Assembly: GCA_013416795.1 (NCBI GenBank)
Contig: RQSC01000031.1
Coordinates: 358,573 to 422,572, forward strand
Direction of reading: 5' to 3'
From: Prasinococcaceae sp. CCMP 1430
Lineage: Eukaryota; Plantae; Prasinodermophyta
DNA length: 64,000 nucleotides
Notes under the pieces: model-generated
Told to the model about the DNA's origin: nothing
Seen by the model: the letters and a program-made list of their open reading frames with translations, nothing else
Database searches by the model: none
Translations under genes and position numbers: made by a program
Shown here: positions 55,362 through 64,000 of the stretch, one piece after another
Layout: every line of letters starts with the position of its first letter
How positions within the stretch are numbered: the first letter of the stretch is position 1

Positions 55362-57536
55362 CTAGCGCTTGCCCTTCTTGCCGTACATCTGCATGTTCTT
55401 GGCGATGCGGATGGACTTCGGGGTCATCTCGACGAGCTCGTCGTCGCCGATGTACTCGATGGCGTCGTCGAGGCCCATCTCCTGGGGCTCCTTGAGGACC
55501 TGCGTGCTGTCCTTGTTGGCGCGCACGTTGGTCATGGCCTTCGCCTTGCACGGGTTGAGCTCGAGGTCGCCCGGGCGCTGGTGGATGCCGATGACCATGC
55601 CCTGGTACGCCTCGACGCCCGGCTTGCAGAACATGACGCCGCGCTCCTGGCAGGACATGAGCGCGTAGCCCGTGACGGGGCCCTGCGCCATCGACACCAG
55701 CGAGCCGTTGTCGCGCGTGGCGATGTCGCCGGCCAGCGGGCCGTACTCCGCGAAGTTCGTGTTGATGATGGCCGTGCCCTTGGTGGCCGTCAGCATGGCG
55801 TTGCGCGCGCCCAGCAGGCCGCGCGTGGGAATCTTGTACTTGACGATGGTGTTGCCGGCGGTCACCGCGGGCTCCATGGACTCCATGATGCCCTTCCGCG
55901 CGTTCAGGATGGAAACGGCGCCCGAGATGACGTCCTCGGGGGCCTCCACGACGCACTCGTCGTAGGGCTCCTCCTTGGCGCCGGTGTCCTCGTTCTCCTT
56001 GATGATGACCGTGGGCGGGCCAACCATGAACTCGTAGCCCTCGCGGCGCATCGTCTCAATCAGGATGGTGATGTGCAGCGCGCCACGGCCCGACACCATG
56101 AAGGTGTCCGCGGTGTCGCCGGGCTCGACGCGCAGCGCGAGGTTGCGCTCCAGCTCGCGGTCGAGGCGGTCCTTGATGTTGCGCGTGGTGACGAACTTGC
56201 CCTCCTTGCCGGCGAAGGGCGACGTGTTCACGCTGAACGACATGCGCACAGTGGGCTCCTCCACCTCGATGGTGGGCAGCGGCACGCCGGCCTGGGAGCA
56301 CATGATGGTCTCGCCGATCATGATGTCGGGGATGCCCGTGATGGCCACGATGTCGCCCGCGCCCGCGCCGTCGATGGGCGTGCGCACGAAGTCCTGGTAG
56401 GTGAAGACCTCGGCAATCTTGCCGGTGCGCGCCTCGCCGTCGGGCACGCCCACCTTCACCGACGCCCCCTTGGCGATGGAGCCCTGGTTGATGCGGCCCA
56501 GCGCGATGCGGCCCTTGAAGTCGTCGTAGTCCAGGTTGGTCACCAGCATCTGCAGCGGCGCCTGCGTGTCGACGACGGGAGCGGGGATCTCCGACATGAT
56601 GGTGTCGAACAGCGGCGTCAGGTCCTCGGCGAGCTCGTCGGGCTCCATGCCCGCGATGCCGTTGAAGCCGGACGCGTACACGATGGGGAAGTCGCACTGC
56701 TCGTCGCTGGCGCCCAGGTCGCAGAACAGCTGGAAGGCCTTGTCCACGACGACGTCGGGCTGCGCGGCGGGGCGGTCGATCTTGTTCACCACCAGCACCA
56801 CCTTCTTGCCCAGCTCGAGCGCCTTCTGCAGCACGAAGCGCGTCTGCGGCATGGGGCCCTCGACGGAGTCCACCAGCAGCAGCACGCCGTCGACCATGTT
56901 CAGGACGCGCTCCACCTCGCCACCGAAGTCAGCGTGACCGGGCGTGTCCACGATGTTGATCTGGAGGGGGCGACGCGCGAGTGCGCGGCCGGGCGCGTGG
57001 CGCGCGCGTCAGCGGCGTCCTGGCAGCCCCGCGCGCGCTTTGCCCCCTCCCCCTCCGCCTCGACCGACGCCACCGGGACACCTCGCCCGCGGGCCGGCCA
57101 GAGGCACACGGAGCACGCGAGCACACGGAGAGCGAGCGAGCGGGGGGATGGGTCGGGTTGGCGGGGGCCAGCGCCAGCAGCAGTGCGCACGACGTGCGCG
57201 GGCGCGCTCCGCGCTCACCTTGGACCCCTTGTAGGAGACGGCGGTGTTCTTGGAGAGGATGGTGATGCCGCGCTCGCGCTCGAGGTCGTTGCTGTCCATG
57301 ATGCGCTCCTGCACCTCCTGGTTGTCGCGGAAGACCTTGGACTGCGAAAGCATGGCATCGACCAGCGTGGTCTTACCGTGGTCGACGTGCGCAATGATGG
57401 CCACCGAGCGCAGGTCGTCGCGCTCCTCGGTGCCCGCCGTCGTCGGCGCCGCCTCGGCGACGGCCGCGCGCGGCGCGCACCTCCACGGCGGCCGCACCGC
57501 CGCCGCCGCCCGCGACCTCGCGCACGTCGCCGCCAT
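55362..57536 (-). CDS. typA: Plastid TypA/BipA translational GTPase (SVR3-like); intron 56961-57218
   Basis: [18 protein letters not shown]...[17 protein letters not shown]...|[20 protein letters not shown]...[22 protein letters not shown]...[12 protein letters not shown]. Confidence 0.97.
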
Positions 57537-58551
57537 CTTTGACGAGAGGAGGGAGAGTGCGGTGGAAAAAAGCTGTCGGCCGCTCTGGGCCGCGCGCGTG
57601 AGAGGCGCAGCGTGCGCGCGCTCTGCCCGTCCACGCCCAGATGCTCTCTCTCTCGCGCAGCGCGGCCGCCGCGTGCCCGCGTCGCGCGCCGCAGCGGCGC
57701 ACGACGACGGCGCCCCCATGGCGCCCCTTTTCGGTTTACCTCATATAGGGTCTGAAACACACCTACTCCCGAGGTGCGTTCGAACGCGTCCGCCCACCGA
57801 GGAGGTTTGGGTTTCGCGCGCGCGCCGGCGCTCGCGGCCCCCCCGAAACCCCCGCGCGCGGCCCGGCGCGTTTTCGCGGCCCGCGCGCGCCGAATTGGCA
57901 AATTTGAGGTTTTGCGGTCTCATCACAGGGTTCGGTAAAATCGTTAAATAGATGCTATTTGACATTCACCTTGGGCGAAAGGGTTTGGGTTCGTGAGGGA
58001 TCGGCGCGAACCCGCGGTGGAGCGCGCGCGCGAACGCGGCGCCGGCGGCCCCGGCGCCGCCGCGAGGGGCAGACACGTCGCCTCGTTAGCGACGTGGGCC
58101 GCCGGCCGCACGTTTTTTTTTTTTTTTGGGCGCACGCCGCAGCACGTCACCACTGTATGCGTCAGCGAAGGCGGTGCTTCAACGCAGAAAATGCACCGAA
58201 AATCGCCTCGAAAAAAAGTGAAGGGCGCTCCTCATATGATACCATTGGGATGCCCTCGGAGCTTGTACACTGTGCTTGATCGAACGAATAAACCCTAATA
58301 AGATTATACCTAAATACTAACCCAAACCCTGACATAACAGGTGTGGATTCGAGGATAACTGTAACGGCCTGGCTTTGTTCGCCGTGTGTTTTGATGGGGC
58401 GCTGGCAGCCGAAGCGGGCAGCGCGCGGCGGTACAGAGCGCGCACGCCACGCGCGGCGACGCTAGCACCTCGCGGCGGGCAGCGCGCGGCCGCCTCGGCT
58501 GCAGACGCGGGCTCGCGGACTCGGGCCGCGCGCAGGCGGGAGGATCCGTCG

Positions 58552-59721
58552 ATGGCCGGCGCCTCCGAGCGGTCGCGTGTCGCAGCCAGGCGCGTCGGGC
58601 GCGGAGGGGGGGTCCTCCTCGTCTGCGCGGGCCTCGCGCTAGCGCTCGCCGTCGGCGCCGCGGCGGAAGGCGCAGGGGAGCGGCACCGCCACGTGTGCAC
58701 GCCCACGGAGATGACCACCAGCACCGCCACCGAGCCGGTGCCCCGCGCGTGCGGAGAGGAGGCCGAATTTGCTCCGGCCGGGAACGCACACGCTGAAGAA
58801 ATGACGACGAGCACAGCCACCGATGCATCGCGCGGCACCGGCGACGTGGGCGGCGCCGATTCGTGGCGGGACGAGGGCGGCGGAGACGACGGGTACGTCA
58901 TCGTGCCCGAGGCGGGACGTATCGTGCCGAAAGACGCCCAGGCGGCCGCCTCCGGCGACGGCGGCACCGATATTGCAGCGCAAATCTCGCTGCCTCCCGC
59001 GGACGTCGCGCACGGCACAGCACTGTCCCGGGCGCTGGCGGCGCGGCGCTCGGTGCGAGCACTCGACCCGACCGCCGAGCCGCTGGCGCTAGAGCACGTT
59101 GCGCAGGTGCTGTGGTCCTCGCAAGGGATCACCGCGCCCGCCCCGCCCCGCGACGCCCTGGGTCACGAGCCCTCGCCGCGCCGCACGTGCCCGAGTGGGG
59201 GCGCCGTGTATCCGCTTAGTCTCTTCCTCATCGCCGCGCCGGGGGGCGTCGCCGGCCTCGAGGGGGGCGTGTACAGGTACCTGCCTCACGAGCACGCGTT
59301 GCAGCCCATGGGCGATGCCGCAGGGGCGGGGGGCGAGGGGCCGTCGGCGCACGCGGCGGCCGTTCAGTCGAGTTCGCCGCACGAAGCCACGGTCGACTAT
59401 GCGTGCCAGCCGTGGCTGCGCAACAGCAGCGCGCTGCTGCTGCTCGCGGGCGACGCGAGTGCGACCCGCTCGAAGGGCGGGTTCTACACCCGAATCGCGG
59501 AGGACTTGGTCACTCTCGAGGCGGGGATGGCCGCACAGAATGCCCTTCTTGCCGCGGCTGCGCTCAATGTCGAGCACGCGAACGGGCTCGCCGCTACGCC
59601 CGTTGGGGCATTCGAGTCTGACGAGCTGCGCGCCGCGCTTCGCGGCGCGCTGCGTGCGTGCGAGGCGCCCAAGATCATGATCGCGATGGGCACTCGCCTC
59701 ACCGGGCTCTCCAGCCACTGA
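58552..59721 (+). CDS. SagB/ThcOx-family FMN-dependent nitroreductase-like protein with N-terminal hydrophobic signal; intronless
   Basis: LSRALAARRSVR, LEHVAQVLW..QGIT, RRTCPSGGAVYPL, GVYRYLPHEHAL, LEAGMAAQNALLAA, PVGAF. The N-terminus contains VLLVCAGLALALAVGAAA. Confidence 0.85.
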   Translation: MAGASERSRVAARRVGRGGGVLLVCAGLALALAVGAAAEGAGERHRHVCTPTEMTTSTATEPVPRACGEEAEFAPAGNAHAEEMTTSTATDASRGTGDVGGADSWRDEGGGDDGYVIVPEAGRIVPKDAQAAASGDGGTDIAAQISLPPADVAHGTALSRALAARRSVRALDPTAEPLALEHVAQVLWSSQGITAPAPPRDALGHEPSPRRTCPSGGAVYPLSLFLIAAPGGVAGLEGGVYRYLPHEHALQPMGDAAGAGGEGPSAHAAAVQSSSPHEATVDYACQPWLRNSSALLLLAGDASATRSKGGFYTRIAEDLVTLEAGMAAQNALLAAAALNVEHANGLAATPVGAFESDELRAALRGALRACEAPKIMIAMGTRLTGLSSH

Positions 59722-59894
59722 CGTATGGACAAGCGTGCATTGGCATTGGCGGAGCGAGCGCCCGCTGGGGAAGAGCGGAGCGTCTATCATCCACAGCGAC
59801 GAAGCCACGAAAGGAAGGTGTCGCGCCTTGGCGTCCTCCGAAATTATACCAAGATTGCTGCACGAGCGAGCTTGCGGCTGTCCGGGCGCGCTGC

Positions 59895-61463
59895 TTAGTC
59901 GGCACGGCGTCGCGCGTACCACGCGCGTAGCCTGCTGATGCCCTCGCACACGCGTTCGTACTCACCGCAGTAGCTGAAACGCACGAAAAGATGCCCACGG
60001 CTCTTGTCGAAGTCGATGCCAGGCGCGCATGCCACGCCGGCGTCGCGCAGCAGCTCCTCACAAAGCTCAACCGAAGTCGACACACCTGTGCCGGGCCGCA
60101 GGAGGTGCTCAACGCGAGCGTACAGGTAGAAGGCGCCCTGTGCCGAGCTCAGCTCAGGGAAGCCGCACTCCGGCAGCGCCTCCAGCAATGCGGCGCGGTT
60201 GCGCTCGTAGCCCTTCACCCGCTCGCGCAGCTCGGCAGCGCATTCGAAGGCGGCCTCGCCCGCCGCGCGCTGGCTGAGTGTGGGAGCGTTGATGAACCTG
60301 GGGACGCTCGCGGGTGCCGTACAGAAGCGCGCGAAGCGAGCGAGTACGTACGAGTGTCAGCGACAGAATGCGCGCGCGCTCACGCGCGGGCGAGCGCGGG
60401 CGCAGGCCGTTACACGCACATATTGCACTGCAGAGCCCCGACGGCCGCCCGGAGCGCCTTCGGCACGAGCATCCTGGCGGAAAGGGGGAGATGGGGAAGG
60501 GGGCGAGGTGCCACGTCAGCGCGGCGGCGCCACGCGCGGGCGCAGGCTGCTGCCACACATGCGCCACCAACTAGCAGACTGTGCGACGCACCACCCCAGC
60601 CGCCATCCCGTCATGCAATACAGCTTGGAGAACGAGTTGATGACGATCGCACTGTCGCTGAACTCGCGCGCTGAGGAGAGAGAGACAGGGAGGGAGGGGG
60701 AGGCTGGGAGTCAGCGCCATGCAGGTCCTGCTCGCGTGCAGGGCTGAGAGGCGGGCGCGCGCGCGCACGCACCTGTGTGGCATTTGACATCGCCGTACGT
60801 GATGCCGTGGTATATCTCATCGGACACGAGCCAGGCGCCGCGTGCGCTCGCCCACTCGCACAGGGCTCGCAGCTCGTCCGCGTCCAGCACCGTGCCCGTC
60901 GGATTTGACGGACTCGCAACGACAACGCCACGGACGCGCGCGCGCTCGGCGTCGTCCGAGCACGCAGACACGGCCGCGTCGAGGACATGCGGCGTCAGCT
61001 GGAAGTTGGTGTCGGAGCCCACGGGCAACGCGCGCACGTCCACGCCCAACGTTTTCAGTATGTTCACGTAGCAAGGGTAGCCCGGTGCTGCCGTGTAGAC
61101 GATGTCGCCGGCGTCGAAGGCAGCGAGGAAGCTCAGCGCAAACGCAGCGGACGAGCCGGTCACGGCGACCACCTCGTCGGCGTCGAGATCGACGCCGTAC
61201 TCAGAGGCGTAGTGCGCGGCAATCGCGCGCAGGAGGCGCGCGCGCCCCGGCCCGGGCGTGTACCCGATCGTCTCGGAGGGGTCGTCGAGCGCCTCGCGCG
61301 CCGCTCGCAGCACCGCCTCGGGAGGCCTCCCGCCGGGCTGACCAACCTCCATGTGCACCACGTCGCCGCCGGAGGCCTCGCGGGCCGCCGCGGCGGCCAC
61401 CACCTCCATCACGTGGAACTTGTCGCACGCGGCGCCGCGCGCCGACGGCTGCGGCGCCGCCAT
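59895..61463 (-). CDS. Class I/II PLP aminotransferase (bacterial-type aspartate aminotransferase-like), multi-exon
   Basis: FHVMEV...HMEVGQP, GYTPGPG...LLRAIA, VTGSSAAF, PGYPCY, SPSNPTG, LVSDEIYHGI, INSFSKLYCMTGWRLGW, GAFYLY, PGIDF...VRFSY. Confidence 0.92.
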
Positions 61464-61483
61464 GCCGGCCGCGGGCGACACGG

Positions 61484-61733
61484 NNNNNNNNNNNNNNNNN
61501 NNNNNNNNNNNNNNNNNNNNNNNNNNNNNNNNNNNNNNNNNNNNNNNNNNNNNNNNNNNNNNNNNNNNNNNNNNNNNNNNNNNNNNNNNNNNNNNNNNNN
61601 NNNNNNNNNNNNNNNNNNNNNNNNNNNNNNNNNNNNNNNNNNNNNNNNNNNNNNNNNNNNNNNNNNNNNNNNNNNNNNNNNNNNNNNNNNNNNNNNNNNN
61701 NNNNNNNNNNNNNNNNNNNNNNNNNNNNNNNNN
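61484..61733. other. Assembly gap (250 N) in a divergent promoter region
   Basis: Run of N. Confidence 0.99.
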
Positions 61734-62014
61734 CGCGCGCGGGCGGAGGGGCGGGCGCGCTGCCGGGAGCGAGGTGCGGGCGAGCGGGCGAGCGGGGCGC
61801 GACTGAGCGCGTCCCGCCCACGTCGTAGGCGCACGAGCCAGACCACGCACATGTGTGCGCGTGTGCGCCCGCCCGCGGCCTCTAGCTGCGTGCGTGCATG
61901 CGCACTGACGTCGGTGCACACACGCTCACACGCGCGCGCAACTCCGCTCCTTGCACGCCCGCCCGCTCGCTCGCACATGCTCACTCGCGCACGCGGGCGC
62001 GCGGGCGGCGCGCA

Positions 62015-63323
62015 GCGGTCCGTACTATGAGCAGCAGCCGTCGGCGGGCGATGACGCCGTAGAGCCGCCACGCCCGTGGCGCGTGCCGCCGCCGCGGCCG
62101 CTCAGCGCGCTGCGCGAGGGGCTGTGTGCACCGAAGGATGTCAAGGAGGCCGGCGAGGTGCGCACGCGCTGTGGGGCGCGCAGGCGGCGCACAGCGGACG
62201 TTCACCACGTGATTCGCGCGCGTGTGCGTTAAGTCGGCCGCATGCGCGCGCATAAATCCGCGCTGACGCCAGCGCGCACGCGTTTGCACGCCCTCGCACG
62301 CGAACGTCGCAACAGCGCGCGCGTACCAACGCGCTTCACTTCCGCGGTAACTACGCCCTGGGCGTGCTCGCAGGGGGCGCCGCGGCGGCCGCGCTGGCGC
62401 CGGGCGGCGGCATCGGTTTCGCGCTGGGAATGCTGGCGGCGGCCGCCGCTGCGGTGGTCAACGACGCCTTCTGGATGGTCTGGGTTGACATGGTACGCTG
62501 GCGCGCGTGCGCACTGTTGCGCTAGCTCGCATGCGCACCCTCGGGTGGGGCACGCGCTCACGCGCGCGCTCGCGGCCGCGCAGGTGCTCCGAGAGCGCTG
62601 CAACGCCAGCGTGGGCGTCTTCACCGACGTGGATACGCTGGCGCCCGTGGTGACGCTGGTCGTGTCGCCGCCGCGGCTCTCCGAGGAGGACGCCGCCGCG
62701 CGGCGCAAGGGCGTCGAGGAGGGGCTGGTGCCTGTCGGCGCGGGTGAGATGCCAGCTGACGCGGTCCCTCAAGGCGATCGCATCATGTCGGTGGGCCTCT
62801 CGACGCTCACGGCGGGCCTGCGCGCGGCCGCGCTGGTGTTGCTGCTTTGCGGCTCGCCGCGCGCGGCAGCGGGGGCGGTGATGGGCGCTGCTGTTCTCGC
62901 GGCCGCTGCGCTCGTGCACGCGCTTCTGAAGGTGCGGTGGCACACGCGCGTGCGCCCGCGCTCGCCTCAGGGCGTGCCGCCAACAGGGCGCGCAGGTGTT
63001 TTTTTGCGCACGCGCGCGCGTACAAGGCAAACACGTGGGCGCGCGCGCATCCGCCTCCGCTGTTGCTGATGCTGCGGCTCTCTCTCTCTCTCCCTCTCTC
63101 TCTCTCCCGCACACGCCCCGCGCACTGATGCGCGCAGCCGCCCACATTAGGATCGGCCTTCACACGGCTGATGAATGCCGAGACGCGCGAGGACGTCGAC
63201 TACGTGGTTGGCCTCGCCAAGGACAAAGCCGCCGAGGAGGCCAGGCGCGCCACCGCCAGCGCGAAGGAGCTCGGAAGGAAGCTCTTCGGGCGCGGGAAGG
63301 GCAAGGACGAGAACGGCAAGTAG
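62015..63323 (+). CDS. Hypothetical membrane protein, multi-exon; first exon probably in or near the gap
   Basis: Exon-like blocks bounded by GTGCG donors and GCAG acceptors: YYEQQP...KEAGE|, |VLRERCN...SVGLSTLTAGLRAAALVLLL...HALLK| and |PPTLGSAFTRLMNAETREDVDYVV...NGK*. Confidence 0.5.
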
Positions 63324-63499
63324 AGGAAAAGAATACCGCTGTCGGCGGCTAATGTTACTGTACGTGTGTACACTGTACAAGGAAGGATGCACCGATGGGC
63401 TGCATCGGACTCTGCCTAAGCAATCATCTCTCCGCGGTGCTGCACTAGCCCTCGCGCGTGCGCGTGCGTGCGCGCGTGCGTGCGCGGTGCGCCCCGCGC

Positions 63500-64000
63500 T
63501 CACGCGGCGCTCGCCGCCGGCTCCCTGCCGTAGAAAGTATCGGTGAGCAGAGCGGTGAATTCGTTGATGTCGAGCTTCCCGTCGCGGGACGTGTCGTAGT
63601 TCTCCAGGATGTCCTCGACCTCTTCGCTGTCGTAGCCACTGTCGGTGAGCGCCTCGACGACCTCGTGCGGCTCAAGCAGTCCGTTCGCGTTGGCGTCGTA
63701 GTGCTTGAAGATGGAGCGGATCTCCTCGAGCTGGCGCGCATCGAGGGGGCCAGCGCCCGCGGCGCCCGCGGACTCGTCCCCGTCCGCCCACGCGCGCATC
63801 ACGCGCAGCTCGTCGGCGGTCGAGGTGGGCTCCAGTGAGCGCATGAACTCGTCGAAGCTGATGGTGTCGTGCATGCACGCGTCGACGCACTTGACGAACT
63901 CGATGGCCCAGGACGCGAACGACGCGTGCCCGCGCATCGCGGCCTGCGGGCGGCGGGCGCACGGCGGCCGGCTACCGCGCGGCGGTCGCGACCTTCGTGG
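63500..64000 (-). CDS. 3' end of an EF-hand calcium-binding protein; partial
   Basis: YDANANGLLEPHE and YDTSRDGKLDINEF EF loops, plus a degenerate VDACMHDTISFDEF. A candidate acceptor (CCGCAG) lies near 63944. Confidence 0.8.
   Translation of the reverse strand, partial: PRRSRPPRGSRPPCARRPQAAMRGHASFASWAIEFVKCVDACMHDTISFDEFMRSLEPTSTADELRVMRAWADGDESAGAAGAGPLDARQLEEIRSIFKHYDANANGLLEPHEVVEALTDSGYDSEEVEDILENYDTSRDGKLDINEFTALLTDTFYGREPAASAA

Noticed and set aside
32293-61463. Amino-acid metabolism cluster (HYKK fusion, serine dehydratase, BCKDHB, aminotransferase)
   Set aside because: The genes are spread over 30 kb among unrelated housekeeping genes and do not form one pathway.
1-64000. Hundreds of overlapping Arg/Ala/Pro-rich ORFs in the six-frame track
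   Set aside because: These are expected shadow frames in very GC-rich DNA, where stop codons are rare; they show no family motifs.
1-64000. CRISPR array, rRNA or tRNA genes
   Set aside because: No regularly spaced repeats, rRNA conserved blocks or convincing cloverleaf were seen; short structured RNAs could be missed by eye.

Overview
This is a eukaryotic nuclear sequence: very GC-rich, gene-dense, with short GT..AG introns, and consistent with a compact green-algal genome (prasinophyte-grade or Prasinoderma-like; the lineage is inference). About 36 protein-coding loci are supported. Recognisable ones include CDC50/ALIS, an SRPBCC protein, a divergent kinesin, a tandem DUF4347-like protein, a REC114/PHS1-like protein, a TBC RabGAP, a CAND1-like 7TM protein, an At1g15740-like LRR protein, TPR-DnaJ, APC10, SmD2, DHRS12, UTP13, mS45, a 2OG-oxygenase/hydroxylysine-kinase fusion, ACR11/12, trigger factor, a plastid phosphate translocator, eIF5A, tetraspanin, GST kappa, serine dehydratase, CDC123, EMC10, an RNASEK-like protein, BCKDH E1-beta, DUF2214, TypA/BipA, a SagB-type nitroreductase, an aspartate aminotransferase and an EF-hand protein. 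A DIRS-type retrotransposon RNase H relic and three N gaps are also present. No rRNA, tRNA or CRISPR array was seen. The most notable observations are the oxygenase-kinase fusion, a stop-less 7TM-to-LRR reading frame, a likely meiotic REC114 homologue, a DIRS RNase H in a chimeric ORF, a signal-peptide-bearing SagB-type enzyme, a recurring promoter island with paired GGAWTCC motifs about 80 bp apart, plant-type telo-box/site II modules, and several head-to-head junctions lacking start codons that may be unmarked assembly joins. All family calls come from motif recognition by eye, not database searches, and coordinates were counted by hand.
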